Positions 26,148-40,307 of a stretch of 64,000 nt of DNA are shown here, one piece after another. Numbering within the stretch: the stretch's first letter is position 1; every line of letters starts with the position of its first letter. A program made the translations under genes and the position numbers. The notes under the pieces were generated by a model that saw nothing but the letters and a program-made list of their open reading frames with translations, had not been told where the DNA came from and made no database searches. The stretch is from Octopus vulgaris (Eukaryota). Where the stretch lies: the NCBI GenBank assembly GCA_951406725.2, contig OX597834.1, positions 1,860,001 through 1,924,000 on the forward strand, read 5' to 3'.

Positions 26148-26567
26148 CGATGTGGTTAAACTACCAATCCCAACCAATCGTGGTTCACAGCACGGGTCGT
26201 ACTTTTCGTCCCCCCGGTCGCTGAATGCAAAATAAAACGTCGCTCGTGTGATCTCCATTCGGGTCAACATTTCATTCACCCTTCTTCCCTTATCAATCGC
26301 TAAGTTACCCGTTTTCAGCTATGTGGACTGGAACAACGTGAATGAAGTGTTTTGCTCAGAACACAGCACGACCTCGCTACCATTTGTGTAACACTCTAAC
26401 CACCAGGTCAGGCGCCTTCAGTTTAACTTTAGATTGGCTGTTTTACTCGGTAGAAAAAGGCAAGTGAGCAGGTTTAGTTGTGGAACAATTAGAAACACGG
26501 ATAGACATCATAAACAGTGGAAGATATTCCAGCGATGCACACGAAAGAACAGATTGAGCAAGAAGGC

Positions 26568-26756
26568 GAAGAAGAAGAAGAAGAAGAAGAAGAAGAAGAA
26601 GAAGAAGAAGAAGAAGAAGAAGAAGAAGAAGAAGAAGAAGAAGAAGAAGAAGAAGAAGAAGAAGAAGAAGAAGAAGAAGAAGAAGAAGAAGAAGAAGAAG
26701 AAGAAGAAGAAGAAGAAGAAGAAGAAGAAGAAGAAGAAGAAGAAGAAGAAGAAGAA
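26568..26756. repeat. (GAA)63 pure trinucleotide tract
   Basis: Direct read; followed by a short (CAA)n. Confidence 0.97.
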
Positions 26757-27919
26757 CAAGAAGAAGAACAACAACAACAACAACAACAGCGTTTAAGGGA
26801 AACAGAAATAATGAATTGTGCATCGCAGAGATACCAAAACGAAATTTTAGAAGAAACAAATTTAAGGAGAGCAAAACAGATTAAAGCAAAAAGAAGCCAT
26901 TGTTATATTTTTGATGGTGATTCTGCCGACAAAGACGGCTGGTAATCCATTTCAGTTTATTATTAAATACTCATTTAATCGATTAATCAGTTATTGATTG
27001 CTTTCATTCGTCACACCACTGTGGCCTTCCTAATGATTTCAGCGACATTTTTCCCCCATTCTGTAAATAATTTTCTTCTTTTTTTGTATTTCTTAATATG
27101 GTCAAGCGCTATCTGTTTGTGTGTATGAGAGTGAGAGTGGGGGAGAGATCTTATTCATAGTATGACCCTCCCGAAGTACACCAATATCGGTTCCAGCGTA
27201 CGATATCACATGAAAATTCCTGCAAAACTAATTGAAAAAAAAATTAATATTCTGAAGAATTTAAAAAGGAAATGTTAAATTCTTATATTTAAACGAAAAA
27301 TGTCATGGATATATTTCCAAAAGTGTTCAATGGAAAATATGCTAAACTCTGTTAATATCTGCGTATGAAAATGAACGTTGGTTTCCTTAACTTTGCACTT
27401 AATTCTCTATCATTTCTACAAGTTTTGAATGTGATAAATATAGTTACTGTCATTATTGGCGACACGGAAATACTAGGACATACATACATATGCAATATAC
27501 GCATTGATTTTTTTATTATTTTGCTTGTTTCAGCGATTCGTCTTTGGTCATGCTGGAGCATGGCCATCTACATTAGCAGTTTGTCAACGTACTACATTGT
27601 TGAACACTTAACATAACGGAACATAAACGAGGCAACACCAGTTGTCAAACTTTGAAACCCGAATACAAACACTAACACACGCACACGCACGCACACACGC
27701 ACCTAGCTCCGATAACTTTTTCCTTCAGTTAACACATCTCGTCTTAATGCTATCAAAATCTCCTCATCACACACAAACGTATTTCTTCAACCTCTTTATT
27801 TCTATTTCCACAGAGTTTTCTGCGTTTATCAATCCTCTTCTTCCATCCTTTCTATTAAAATACAATCAGTCAACTTCTGCCTAGAGATTATCAACAACTT
27901 CCTTGTTTTTTGTTTTTTT

Positions 27920-28660
27920 TAAGTTCTCAAACCTTCCAGAAAGTCACTTTTCAGCAAGCATCTCAAAACGTGTCTCGATTTAAATATCTTTCAGCATCTT
28001 CGCCAGCATTTTGGGTGTTGTGCCAAGTGTACCACAAGAATAATTGACTTAGTCTTTCACAGTCTCTTTAGCTCTCTGGCTAAAGTTTTGATATTTCTCA
28101 TTTTCTAAATTTCTTTGATATCTACTCTATTACCGTTTGGTATAGCAAAATAAATGATTTTTCACTGTTTGTTTCTTTTAACCTCTAGAATCATTTCTGG
28201 TCTTCTGGCTTCAATAGTACGATCAGTTTTATGGGAAAGTCCCATAAAATCTTGTAATGCTTATCCTCTGTCACAGCCTCTGCTTAGCATTTAGGCCACA
28301 CACTCGGCTAATATCTCACTGCACACTTTTAGCCATACAGCCGTTCCTCTGCTTATACTCTTTTTATGATAGTTTACCGCATTCACTCAAGAACTGATCG
28401 ATCCATTCATTTCCTTTTACACGGATTCTGCGTTCGCTCTCCAACTGAGTTTTACTAATCTTTTCCTTTATCAGATTCATCCTTATGACTGCTTTCTGAG
28501 CGGCCGCAATCAACGATTCAGTTTCTCGTTTTGCCAGAAGCAGCAGCTTTTACTTCCAGCATCCTGTTTGTTGCATGATTATTTTTTTCTGCCGTTCTTC
28601 TTTCTGTTTTTAATTCTTTTACTGTTTCAATGACTTTTGTTTTGTTTTTAATATCTCAGG
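27920..28660 (-). mobile_element. Decayed R4/Dong-type RLE non-LTR retrotransposon fragment
   Basis: Broken translation KRETESLIAAAQ..LSECGKL..KEYK..KILWDFPI..TDRTIEARRP..IIYFAIP..EKYQ.LARELKRL..GTLGTTPK (zinc-knuckle region plus RLE); many stops and frameshifts. Confidence 0.75.
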
Positions 28661-28699
28661 CCACAGACAATATTCTTTCTTCACTATGATGAACATATT

Positions 28700-28745
<46 letters not shown>

Positions 28746-28886
28746 TTTATTGTAGTCGTGAGCCGACAAAATCGATTTCACACCGGACAAAATTCTTAGC
28801 GGCATTTCATCCGGCATTACGTTCTGAGTTTAAATGCCGCCCCCACGACATCGACTTCCATCCTTTCGGAGAAACCCTATTATTTT

Positions 28887-29190
28887 CGCAGGCACGTGCT
28901 GCGGCTGCGACATTGTCAGCAATTCCTTGACAACGAACCGGGTGCAGTCACCGTTTGTGTGCCATGTTTTTCTACAGATCGTCTCTTTGACAGAGCTGCA
29001 GTCCTTCATAAGGCAAAGACTGACCACAGAGTACTTAGTATCGAAATGCACACAGTCCTCTACTAATCAAGCAATGTTGTAGGTGCAAAAACCCCTACAG
29101 GTGTGTTCCATAACGAATAAATGATGGGGCAAAAGTGACGATATTTTCGGGGGAACTCTGGGCATTGATGGCAATCAACTGATTTTAAGC
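28887..29190 (+). mobile_element. Internal fragment of L1/Tx1 ORF2
   Basis: RRHVLRLRH..FLD..(frameshift)..FLQIVSLTELQSFIRQR matches RRHALRLRH..FPQLVSLTELQTWIKRR of the 34.3-35.0 kb ORF. Confidence 0.8.
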
Positions 29191-30559
29191 GGAGGATTGA
29201 AATCGCATCGTGATTTTCCAGTTGTTCGTATCTGTCGATGATTATGATGACGAGGACAACAACGGTGGGGGTGGTGGTTGTGATGATGGTTGTAATGGTG
29301 GTGGTGGTGGTGGTGGTGGCGGCAATGAGGAGGTAGTGAAGGTGATGAAGGTGGTGGTGGTGTTGGTGGTAGCGGTGGTGGGGAAGGTGGTAATAGTGGT
29401 GGTGTAAGTTGTGGGGATTACGAATTCGCAGGAACACAATATTGTGTTTTAGCCCCCCCCCCCCCCCGGTCAGCCATAATCCAGCAGATTTACCATAAAA
29501 AAATACAGTCAAAATCTCGCGTCACAGTTATCGAGAACAGTATATCTAGGACTACATTATTCAAAGTGTCTTTCGTTCATTTAAGGCAGCAGAATGCGAC
29601 TTGAAATGGATACGAAGATTTGGCTGCCATTACTAGCAGATCTGGCGACGACATTGAGCCTTTCTTTGTTGTCTTGATGTCCCGGTAAAGATGGCGAACG
29701 GAAGTAGTGATAGCGAGAGTGGTCTGTGTGTGTGTGTGCGTGTGTGTGTGCGTGTGTGTGTGCGTGTGTGCGTGTGCGCGTGTGTGCATGTGCGCGTGCA
29801 AGTAGATGTGGGGGGAGAGGAAGAGGGAAAGAAAGCGTGCGTATGCAAAGGCTTGCGTGTAGCTGTGTGCGTGCGAATATAAAGAAAAAATAGGGAAAGC
29901 GAAAGAGAGAGAGAGAGAGAGAGAGAGGGGGGTGACATCTGTTTACATACAATTTACTTTCGCTGTGCGTTTTGTGATTCTATAAAATTTCTGTTTATAT
30001 GTGTGTGTGTGTGTGCACGCACACTTATGAGGGAGATACCAAGGCAATCTCGATTCAATAAAACATAGTCACTGGTAGTCTCTGGGTTCCGGCTGAATGA
30101 ATTAAACTAGTATTACTGCGTTGCCGGTATTGAGTACGCTTTCTTCCATTCTTTACAATTACCACACACACGCATGCGCGCAACCCCCTCCCCCCCACAC
30201 ACACTGAAGCTCAGAAAGAATCTAACCCAATTAGGTCAACAGAAACGGAGATTGTAAAAGTCGTCTTTCAACTCTAATTTCTCTCTCTCTATCTATCTAT
30301 CTATCTCTTTATCTCTCTCTCTATCTCTCTCTCTCTCTATCTCTCTCTATCTATCTCACACACGTACATATAAGTACCAATTTTATTGAGAACCTTATGC
30401 TCACATGCACAGACATTCGTTTGTTTTCCCATATCCCTATCTATCTATCGATCTATCTATCTATTTATGCATCTATCTGCTTGTCTCATTCTCTCTCGTT
30501 CTCTCTCTGTATCTATCTATCTATATATATACATACATATCTGTCTACTTATTTATCTG

Positions 30560-30590
<31 letters not shown>

Positions 30591-31208
30591 CAGTCGAACA
30601 CTGTCTGTCTGTCTATCTATATATCTGTCTGTCTGTCTGTCTGTCTGTCAGTCAGTTTGTCAATTCGTCTGTCTGCCTGTCTGTCAGTTTGTCAATTCGT
30701 CTGTCTGCCTGTCTGTCTAACCATCCATCCACCTACATACCTACCTACCTACTTACCTTCCCAAATATCTGCCTCTGTATTTTTAGCTCAACACCATTTT
30801 GCTATTAAATATATTCATTAAAATCCAACGCCGCCACCACCACCGCCACATTCACCCTACAATCTCACCTTCGATTCAACGATTGTTCTTCTCTTCTCTC
30901 TTTTACCAGCAACCAACCATTCCTTCCTACAGTGGTGCTTTCCTGTACTATCTCTGCACGTTTCTGGAATTCCTTGCCAGCCGATATAACAGTGTCCCTG
31001 CTTATAATCTTTCTATTTTCTCATCCATACAATACACACTTTTCTCCCAATAACTGAATGCGCCATAATCGCTCCCACAATATCGCTTCATTTATTTTTT
31101 ATCTGACTTTTTCGTTTGTGACATTCTCTGGTTGTTCCATATTTTTAATCTTTCTTTTATACATACACCTAGATTGTACACCATATACGAGTGTTGAAAA
31201 CCGAAGTG

Positions 31209-31280
<72 letters not shown>

Positions 31281-31314
31281 GGGGTTTGTATGATTGTGTA
31301 TTGAGGGATATATA

Positions 31315-31350
<36 letters not shown>

Positions 31351-31368
31351 TGTATGTATGCATGTATG

Positions 31369-31407
<39 letters not shown>

Positions 31408-31481
31408 CCATATATACATATATGCACATATGTACACATACACATATATATTCATATAGATATACACAGGTATACACACAC

Positions 31482-31526
<45 letters not shown>

Positions 31527-31578
31527 TATATATATGCACATATATACATTCATACACATATATACATAGGTATATATA

Positions 31579-31617
<39 letters not shown>

Positions 31618-31974
31618 GGACACATACATATATACGAATATGTGTGCGTGATATGTATGTATGTATAGAGTGTATAAACACATTGTATAGCACAAATGTG
31701 TATACACATATTTACATATGTATGTGTATATATATAATCACATTTAATACTCGCCCCCGTCTCTCCCTCCCTCCCTCCCTCTCTCTCTCCCTTTCTCTCC
31801 CTCTCTCTCTCTCCCCCCTCTCCCCCCCTCTCTCTCTCTTTCTCTTCCATCCATCTTTATCTTTAGACCTTTGAACGTCTTTCAAGTTCGTTCACAAAGG
31901 TCACATGTTTCACCACCCTTTTCTACAACCATCACTATCATCATCATCATGAACATCATCGTCATCATCACCGC

Positions 31975-32006
<32 letters not shown>

Positions 32007-32505
32007 CCATCATCTTCTTAAATGTTGTCATATTAAACAAAAAAGCATGAAAGTCACGACATCTTTTGATGCAAAAATCTGTAGCATATCATATCTTCAG
32101 TCTGTGAGTAGCAAGTATTGTTATACATCCAGCTAGAAATAACAGCAAACACTCCCTCAACCTTACGTCTAAATAAAGGAAATATACATCGGATGATATA
32201 CTCCCAAGTAAGCTATGTCTGAAGAGAAAAAAGAAGCGAGATGATCATGCTTGGAGCGTCTTTCATTATAGATCTGCTGGGGCTGGAACAGGACCGATCA
32301 GGAGCTATCGATACTTCGTCTAACGTCGCAATTATGAAAGGGAGAGGAAATACTGGCGGGAAATACAAGAATTGTACATGTGTGTGTGCATCTATGCACA
32401 CATGCATATATATGTATAGAAATGTATATATATATATATGTGTGTGTATGTGTAGAGAGAGAGAGATCGGGAGGTAGGTAGGTTGGTAGATAGATAGATA
32501 GATAA

Positions 32506-32568
<63 letters not shown>

Positions 32569-32572
32569 CACT

Positions 32573-32636
<64 letters not shown>

Positions 32637-32637
32637 T

Positions 32638-32795
32638 TGGTTTCAAATTTTGGCACAAGGCCAGCAATCTCAGTGGAGTGATTAAATTGATTACATCGAC
32701 CCCCAGTGCTCGACTGGAACTTATTTTATCGAGTCCGAGAGGATGAAAAGGCAAAATCGACCTCGGCATCATTTGAACTCAGAACGTAAACACGG
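32638..32795 (-). mobile_element. SINE family A (5'-truncated)
   Basis: Family A core with GGCCTTGTGCCAAAATTTGAAACC tail variant. Confidence 0.8.
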
Positions 32796-33851
32796 GCTAT
32801 CGTTCTGTATTATATGAATAAAACAAACCTCTATCTACAAAAAGATGTGTAAAGTTTTATTAACGTTTCCGATAAACTTCATAGATTATCTATTAACATA
32901 TGGCCCGATATACAATATTTAAACTCTCGCTGGCTACATTTTTAACCCTGGTTGATAATCATTTTTTAAACTAACTCCATATCTGACGACATTGGTGAAA
33001 TATGTAACTTTACATCTACTGAGGTCGATTTAATATCTTGAAAGCAGTGCTCCAGCATGGCTACTGGATGCAGTTTAATGAAAATATGTAAAAGGAAAAT
33101 GAAGAAGATATTGTCAGTGGAAGGATTAACCGTCTCATTTGACTAGGATAGAGAGAACTGTAAGAAAAAGTAACAGTGGCTTTGTTATGACGACTCCATT
33201 TGCGTCTTACGCCGTTGCGTCTTCGAAAACGTTAGAGGAAAGCGTAAACAAAGGATGAAAGATTTATACAGTAAAAATGATAAATGGTTAGAATATATCG
33301 TTATATGATGGAAATATTTGAAGGAAATATATCAGAATTTTATTCCTTGAGAAAATTTAATGAAAATTAAGATTACAAAATTATGAATAAACGTAACGAC
33401 ATTTAAATTTTAAAATATCAAATAGAGAGATATACTATTTTAATATTTCTTTTATGGAAATGTTTCATGGATAAATGTTTGAACTATAGTTTTTGAGAAA
33501 ATTAATAGAAATTAAAATTAGAAAAATTGGTATAAACTAATATTTATTCAAAATTTAGATTGCGGTTAAAGAGATAAACAAAGGTTTAATATGAATATAA
33601 TGGTGGAATGTTTCTTGGGAAAGAAAATGTCTGAAGTATATTTCTAGAGAAATTTTTTATAGAATTAAGATGAGAATATTTCCACTTAAACAGAAATTCA
33701 ATATTTATAAAATTGAAACATTTCAATGAAACATGTCGAAATTATTGTAAATTGTAAAAAGAATTGAAAAGCAGAATCCAAAAATATAAAAGAAATATTT
33801 AAAAATGGAAAATAAAATTACTTCCTCCAACAGATAATGATGATGTGATGC

Positions 33852-33925
<74 letters not shown>
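33852..33925. repeat. (TAA)n microsatellite at a LINE 3' end
   Basis: Direct read. Confidence 0.95.
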
Positions 33926-35057
33926 TAATTCGTTTATTGGCCACAAGGGCTGACAAAAATAATTAAGACATAAAGGGACAAAACACAGGACGAAAGTTAC
34001 AAAGGGTTTTGTTCGTTTGCAAAAAACGTAAAAATTCCAGAGATAACAACGAAAATATAACAATTGAAATTCCCAATAGGGGGAGGCGCTTCGAAAGGTT
34101 ACTCGTGGAAAAACCCATAAAAGCCACGGGAGCCTGGTCAAAAATGGGGTAGAGAGCCCCTTTCTCCTTTTATAATACTTTTTTATACTACAGGTGTATC
34201 CTCAGAATTGGTCCCTTTATACTGGTTATTCTTGCGACATTTACCCACCTTTCAGTAAACTTGCTATCAGACAGCCCTTCCCTCTCTACTCTCACCTTCC
34301 TTTTCAAGTGAAACTTGAAAAAGTTGATGAGGCCTTAACCAAAGAGGAAAATGTCTGACTTTAGCCCTTTCAAACGGGTCCACCATACAACCTCTTTCGC
34401 CACAGCCACTAGGCACAAGAAAACGGCCTCGCTCTCCTTGTTAAAGGATGTCGGCGGGGCAATCTTCACTATGGATTCGGCTGATAGCCGGATCCGTCCC
34501 ACACGTGACAGTAGCTGTTCGACATAAACCCATAGTTCAGCAATACTCGAGCACTGGACGAGTGCGTGCAGAACGGTTTCGTCGTCCTGGCAACACCTCG
34601 GGCAGGCCCGGCTGACGGCACTTCCGTGCCGGTAGAGTTTATCTCGAACAGGCAGAGCTCCTCGGTAGCACTGCCAGGCGAGGGACCTTTGAAAATTATC
34701 CATTGGGCCCGGCCCGAAAGTTCTTCCAAACAGACTGCTCAATTCATTATCGTCAGCGCCTAGAGTTTCCCCGAGAACGTCGTCGCACTTTTCTTCCACC
34801 AGCCCTCTATAGAACGCTAGAGTGGAACTACGACCGATCGCATTGCCCGCTTGGTGGAGGGCGGAGAGAACTTGGCACTCGAGGTGCCAAGCGCCCTTTC
34901 TCGGTCTACGTTTGATCCAGGTTTGCAGCTCTGTCAAAGAGACGAGCTGCGGAAAGGCGCGTCTGACAAAAGACGACCACACCTGTTCACCGTCTAGGAA
35001 ACACTTGAAATGCCGTAGCCTGAGCGCATGTCTGCGCATCAGTAACCACAGCATGCC

Positions 35058-35058
<1 letters not shown>
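33926..35058 (-). mobile_element. 5'-truncated L1/Tx1-clade LINE with ORF2 C-terminal zinc-binding region
   Basis: ORF 34335-35105 contains LAWQCYRGALPVRDKL..CPRC..ETVLHALVQC (CCHC, zf-RVT-like); frameshift near 34335, then [17 protein letters not shown]; 3' UTR ends GCCCTTGTGGCCAATAAA followed by (TTA)n. Confidence 0.9.
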
Positions 35059-35089
<31 letters not shown>

Positions 35090-35092
<3 letters not shown>

Positions 35093-35330
35093 CTTTGTTA
35101 ACCACAAGGGTTTACATTAAGAAAAACATTATGGACAGTAGAGGACAAAACAAAGAATGTGTGTGTGTGTGTGTTGTTGTGAGGGTTTTGTGTGTAAACA
35201 AGACCAACAAAATTTTTTTAAATCAACAGTGTGTGATCCTCAATAGGGAGGAGACTTCAAGGGCTGCTCATGGAAAAATCCCATGAAAATACCATGGGTA
35301 CTCTGACTTTTGCAGCAGGTGCCTTTTTTT
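35090..35330 (-). mobile_element. Older 3' end of the same Tx1-type LINE, tail in (ATC)n
   Basis: Minus strand ends ACCCTTGTGGTTAACAAAGAAA; internal similarity to 34075-34135. Confidence 0.6.
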
Positions 35331-35756
35331 CCTTCCCTTTCTACTAACTACAGGCATATGCGGAATTTGAACTTGGAACGTAAAGACGTACGAAATTCCG
35401 CTAAGCATTTCTGTCCAACGCCTAACGCTTCTACCAGTTCACCAATAATAATTACGTAAGCGGTAGGAGTATTTCTACGTCTAATGTTCTAATCTTTATT
35501 TCAATAAAGACATTTTCTTTTTCTAGAAATATATTTCCGATATACTTCCGTAAAATATTTACATTCTCTAATTATAGTAACTTTGTGCCTGTGGCGGAAG
35601 GGAAGCTGTTTGCTTCCCAACCAAATGCTTCCCAATTCAGTCCCACAGCGTGGTATTTGAGGCAAGTGTCTGCTACAGCCTTGAGCCAATCAAAGCCGAA
35701 AGAATGGATTTGGTAGACGGAAACTGAAAAAAGCCCATCCTATATATAATATTAAT

Positions 35757-35831
<75 letters not shown>

Positions 35832-35964
35832 ATGGCTGTCAACTCTATGAATAAGTATGCCCGTGGTGGAGTAAACAAAATGTTTCCCAGCATTACATGT
35901 GAGAACAACAAAGGCTCTTGAATCTTGCCAGCGACTCACAGAACTTGTTACAGGTTCGACATTC

Positions 35965-36185
35965 TTTTCTACTCTAGGCAAAAGGCCTGAAATTTTGAGG
36001 GAGGGGGCCAGTCAATTAGATCGATCCCAGTACGCAACCGGTACTTAATTTATCGACCCCGAAAGGATGAAAGGCAAAGTCAACCTCGGCGGAATTTGAA
36101 CTCAGAACGTAAAGACAGACGAAATACCGCTAAGCATTTCGCCCGGCGTGCTAACCATTCTGCCAACTCCTCGCCGCCGCCTTTG
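35965..36185 (-). mobile_element. Young full-length SINE family A with a perfect 14 bp TSD
   Basis: CAGGTTCGACATTC at 35951-35964 and 36186-36199; CpGs retained. Confidence 0.93.
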
Positions 36186-36249
36186 CAGGTTCGACATTCA
36201 TTCAAATTCTTCTGACTTCTTTGTTGTTTTGGGTCATTCTGATGATTTT

Positions 36250-36760
36250 CTCTGTGTACCCTTGTATGCCTTGATAAACTTGAGTGGTTTATACGCGTTT
36301 TCTGGCAGATAGGACATTTGAGGTTGACCCCAGCTAGAAGGTCTTTGTAGTATGTAACAGGTCTCTTTTGCATAGCTTCTCTGGTGGTTCACCGGGCCTG
36401 TACATGACATATTTATGCGGCGTCAGACTAAGTGAGGAGCTGTAGGGTCAACGCTATTGTCTTTTCGTACTGATCTCCTTATGTATGATCTCTCGTTTGC
36501 ATTTCGATGGAATGCGCTCCCTCCGTCACAGATTCTATGCTTCCAGCTTTTCCTATCATGCGATATGTCTTTAGACGCCTGGTCTGAAATCTCACTGATT
36601 TCAAGTGATTTTTTAAAAAGTTGTCTTTGAATCTCTTTCTTGGCTTATGATGTGGTTGAATGCCTTGCGACAGTTCGCCACAAAACATTTTCTTAAGAAT
36701 TCTGCAGTCAACAAAACGTACGACATGACATGCCTACATACATGCATACTTATCAACGTT
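36250..36760 (-). mobile_element. Decayed RTE (BovB-like) LINE ORF2 3' region
   Basis: HVVRFVDCRILKKMFCGELSQG..PRKRFKD..LK and a terminal C2H2-like CPICQK..LSRHTRVH. Confidence 0.75.
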
Positions 36761-37366
36761 CATATTCTTTTATTCTCATATTCTTTTACTTCTTTCAGCC
36801 ATGCTGGAGTATAGCCTCGAAGTGTTTGACGATATCAGTTTGGCGAATTTGCGTATGAGGCCTGGCTACATAAAGTTCGGGCGGGGTAACATACCGGCAA
36901 TGTGATACAGCGAAACCAAAAATACAATATTCAGCGATGTGGCTGCATTTTTACATGTCTCGAAAATTAGAAGTATTATACATAATATGTAATTGTATAT
37001 AATCTTTCCTGAATTTCCTCCATATCATTATAAAATATACCTCTTCAGATCTTGTTGGTACAATAATCCAATAGTAGTTATTGCGTTGTTTGTGAGCACA
37101 GATTACAAAATAATAAAGTGAAATACAACAGTGAAAACAAACACGTTTGGGTATCAATGTTAAGAATAGATACGCGTTGTGATGATGTATATTTAAATAT
37201 ATTCTTTACAAAAACATTTGAATAACTTTTCTGGAAAACGTTCATATATGATGTCATATAGCCAGAAATAAAAGCCAGATGACGTATGTTTGTAAACTGA
37301 TAGAAATACATTCAATATAGCGTATATCGTGATAGAAGACCTGGGGAAGCAATAACAGGAAGCTAA

Positions 37367-37454
<88 letters not shown>

Positions 37455-37989
37455 CAGACAGACAGACAGACAGAAACAAAGGGAGACATTGAACGAAAAC
37501 TGTGCTTGTCAAAACTGCCGATTAAAAATGGGAAGAAAAAAGAAGGCAAACAGTTTGACCTGCTGAAATAGTTCAAAATGGCCAACAGACCACTGGTTTC
37601 TAGTGACTCAAACAACGCTTATGGTGAATCATTAAAATATCGCCCGAAATGATATCGTTATTGATATCATTATATATGTGTGTGTACTTTTTCATATTTA
37701 GCAGAACTAACAGAGTGACTCAAGGTCCGAGAGTTTCGTACGTTGGCACTGAGCAAACTAGTTATCAAAATACCTATATATATATATACATATATATTAT
37801 CAGTTTGTTGGGCCAGAAAGTCAGAGGGAAAGCACACTCAATATCACCAAGTCTACAGCACATCCCATCCAATGTTATAACAATTCTGCCAGTGAACCAA
37901 CCTGTATTGATACATTTTTATCATTGACAAAAGATAACAGCTATTTATAACCCACTACAGCCCTCCATATTAATCGTTGAGCTATTGCA

Positions 37990-38630
37990 AACCTTTCGGA
38001 GTCGATTAAATAAGTTACGCACTGGGGTCGATGTAACTGACAAGCCTCGCTCTAACCCGAAATTAAGGTCTTCTGCCTATAGTAGAAAGGGTTATTGTTA
38101 TTATGACAAAGGTGGCGAGCGGGCAGAATCGTTAGCACGCCGGACAAAATACTTAACGCATTTCGCTCGTCTTACCGTCCTGAGTTCAAATCCCGCCAAC
38201 GTCGACTTTGATAAATTAAGTACCAGTGAAACACTGGGGTCGATGTGATCGACTAGTCATCTCCCACTAAATTTCAGGCTTTGTGTCTTTAGTAGAAAGG
38301 ATTATTATTATTATGGCAATGATGATGATGATGAAGACAACATGCCGGGCAAAATGCTGAGCGGCATTTAGTCCGTCTGCACGTCCTGAGTTCAAATTCC
38401 GCCGGGGTCGACTTTGCTTTTGGGGTCGATTAAATAAGTACCAGTTCGGCAGTGGGATCGATGTAATCTACAATGCTCCTGAAATTGCTGGACTTGTGCC
38501 AAAATTTGGAACTATTTTTGACAAAGATGATTTCAGCGGGATTTGAACTCAGAGTGCAGAGAAGCGGAGCGAAAACTGTGGAGCAATTCTAGCCAAAATT
38601 CTAAAGACTCTGCCAACCGGCCACCGACGC
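37990..38630. mobile_element. Cluster of four SINE family A copies (three +, one -)
   Basis: Repeated GGGGTCGAT..TAAGTACCAGT and GAGTTCAAAT motifs. Confidence 0.8.
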
Positions 38631-39019
38631 AATGCGCCTGTATATATATGTGTGTGTGTGTGTGTGTGCATGCATGTGAGTGTGTGAGGAGAGAGAGAGA
38701 GAGTATATAGATGTAGACATGCAAAACGAGAGAAAGCGTTGTTTATCCGCAAAATTGCCTCCATATCTGCCCAACCGGATCCCTTTTATAGCCATTCTTG
38801 ACCCCGTGGAATTGATCCCCTGGAAAGACACCGGAAACTAGGTTTCTATCTTTTGAGCATTGTTAAGTGTGTATGTGTGTGTGTGTATGTGCGTGTGTGT
38901 GTGTGCATACAGAAAAGCATGCGTACGGCTATATCCTTATATTGAGAAATCACATTAAGATGTTACTTTCAGGAAATATTTTGCTATCCCGGTATTTGAG
39001 GGAATTAGAGCTTTTTACC

Positions 39020-39245
39020 CTTTTCTGGCTTCAGTCACGTGACTGCGGCCATGCTGGGGCAGCGCCTTGAGGAATTTTAGACGAACGCATCAGTCCCACT
39101 ACTTATTTTGTCTAAGCCTGCTACTTACTCTGTCGTTCTCTTTTACTGAACCGCTAGAAACGGGGAGGTAAATAAACCAACACCTGCTGTCAAACGGTGG
39201 TGGTGGTGGTGATGGTGAAACACAGACACAAACACACATACACAT

Positions 39246-39318
<73 letters not shown>

Positions 39319-40100
39319 ATGCCTACATGCTACTGGTAACATGTAACCCAGTACAACCTGTTGCATGGTCGGGTCGTCGGCGACTAAACCGGCAACCCCA
39401 CCAAGCTTGTTTGGTGAGGAGGGTGTTTATTGGGCACCCTGCGGGATGAAAAACAAAACCCGTCAAAGGGCGGAGGACCTCTTGAGAGTCAACGGTCATC
39501 CAATAAATGTCTTAGGGCCGTATCATGCGCGGGGACATAGAAATAATCGGACTGAATACCCGATCGCGCGGTTAAACCATTGGGAGTGAAGGACTCCAAG
39601 CCTTTGTTAGGGCATCCTTCTAGGAGAAGGTAACTCGGGTAACTGGGATAACTCCGACATAAAACCTGCGGCTCAGTGGTTACCGATGATGCTGACTTGT
39701 TCTTTTCTGATTATGGCTGCTGTTGCTCAGTGAGTGGGATTGACTCAGTGCACAGCCTTTCCTCACTTAAAACAAAAAAATCTTCTTGCACAGGCATTGC
39801 ACGATAAGAACATTGATTAAGCTTCGTGCAATGACCATACTCGATAACGAGGGGCAGCCACCATGTATGTATGTATGTTTGTATGTATGTATGTATGTAT
39901 GTATGTATGCATCTATGTATGTACATGTATATGTACCTGCGACGGGCTTCTTTCAGTTTCTCTTTACCAAATCCACTCACAAGGCTTTGGGCGCCCCAAG
40001 GCTATAAGCAGAAGACCCTTGGCCCAAGTTGCCACGCAATGGGACTGAACTGAATATAATTGGGAAACAAACATCTTACCAAACAGCCACGTCTGCACCT
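39020..40100 (-). mobile_element. SINE family B split by an insertion in its internal microsatellite (tail 39020-39240, head 39938-40100)
   Basis: Both halves are collinear with the intact family B copies. Confidence 0.75.
39331..39910 (+). mobile_element. Non-autonomous RTE-related element with (ATGT)n tail
   Basis: GGGCATCCTTCTAGGAGAAGGTAACTC..AAACCT resembles the conserved RTE 5' UTR motif; GC-rich, no long ORF, tandem-repeat tail. Confidence 0.55.
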
Positions 40101-40212
40101 ATGTGTATATGCAAGTGTATGTATGTATGTATGTGTACATGTATGTGTGTGAATATACGTATATGTGTATGCATGTATATGTATATATATATATACATGT
40201 ACAATATATATG

Positions 40213-40307
<95 letters not shown>

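Noticed and set aside
26434-26945. Poly-Glu, poly-Lys and poly-Leu ORFs
   Set aside because: Produced by the (GAA)n tract; no splice sites or protein-like flanks
35965-36185. tRNA genes in SINE heads
   Set aside because: A/B-box-like motifs are present but without a complete cloverleaf, and they continue into SINE bodies
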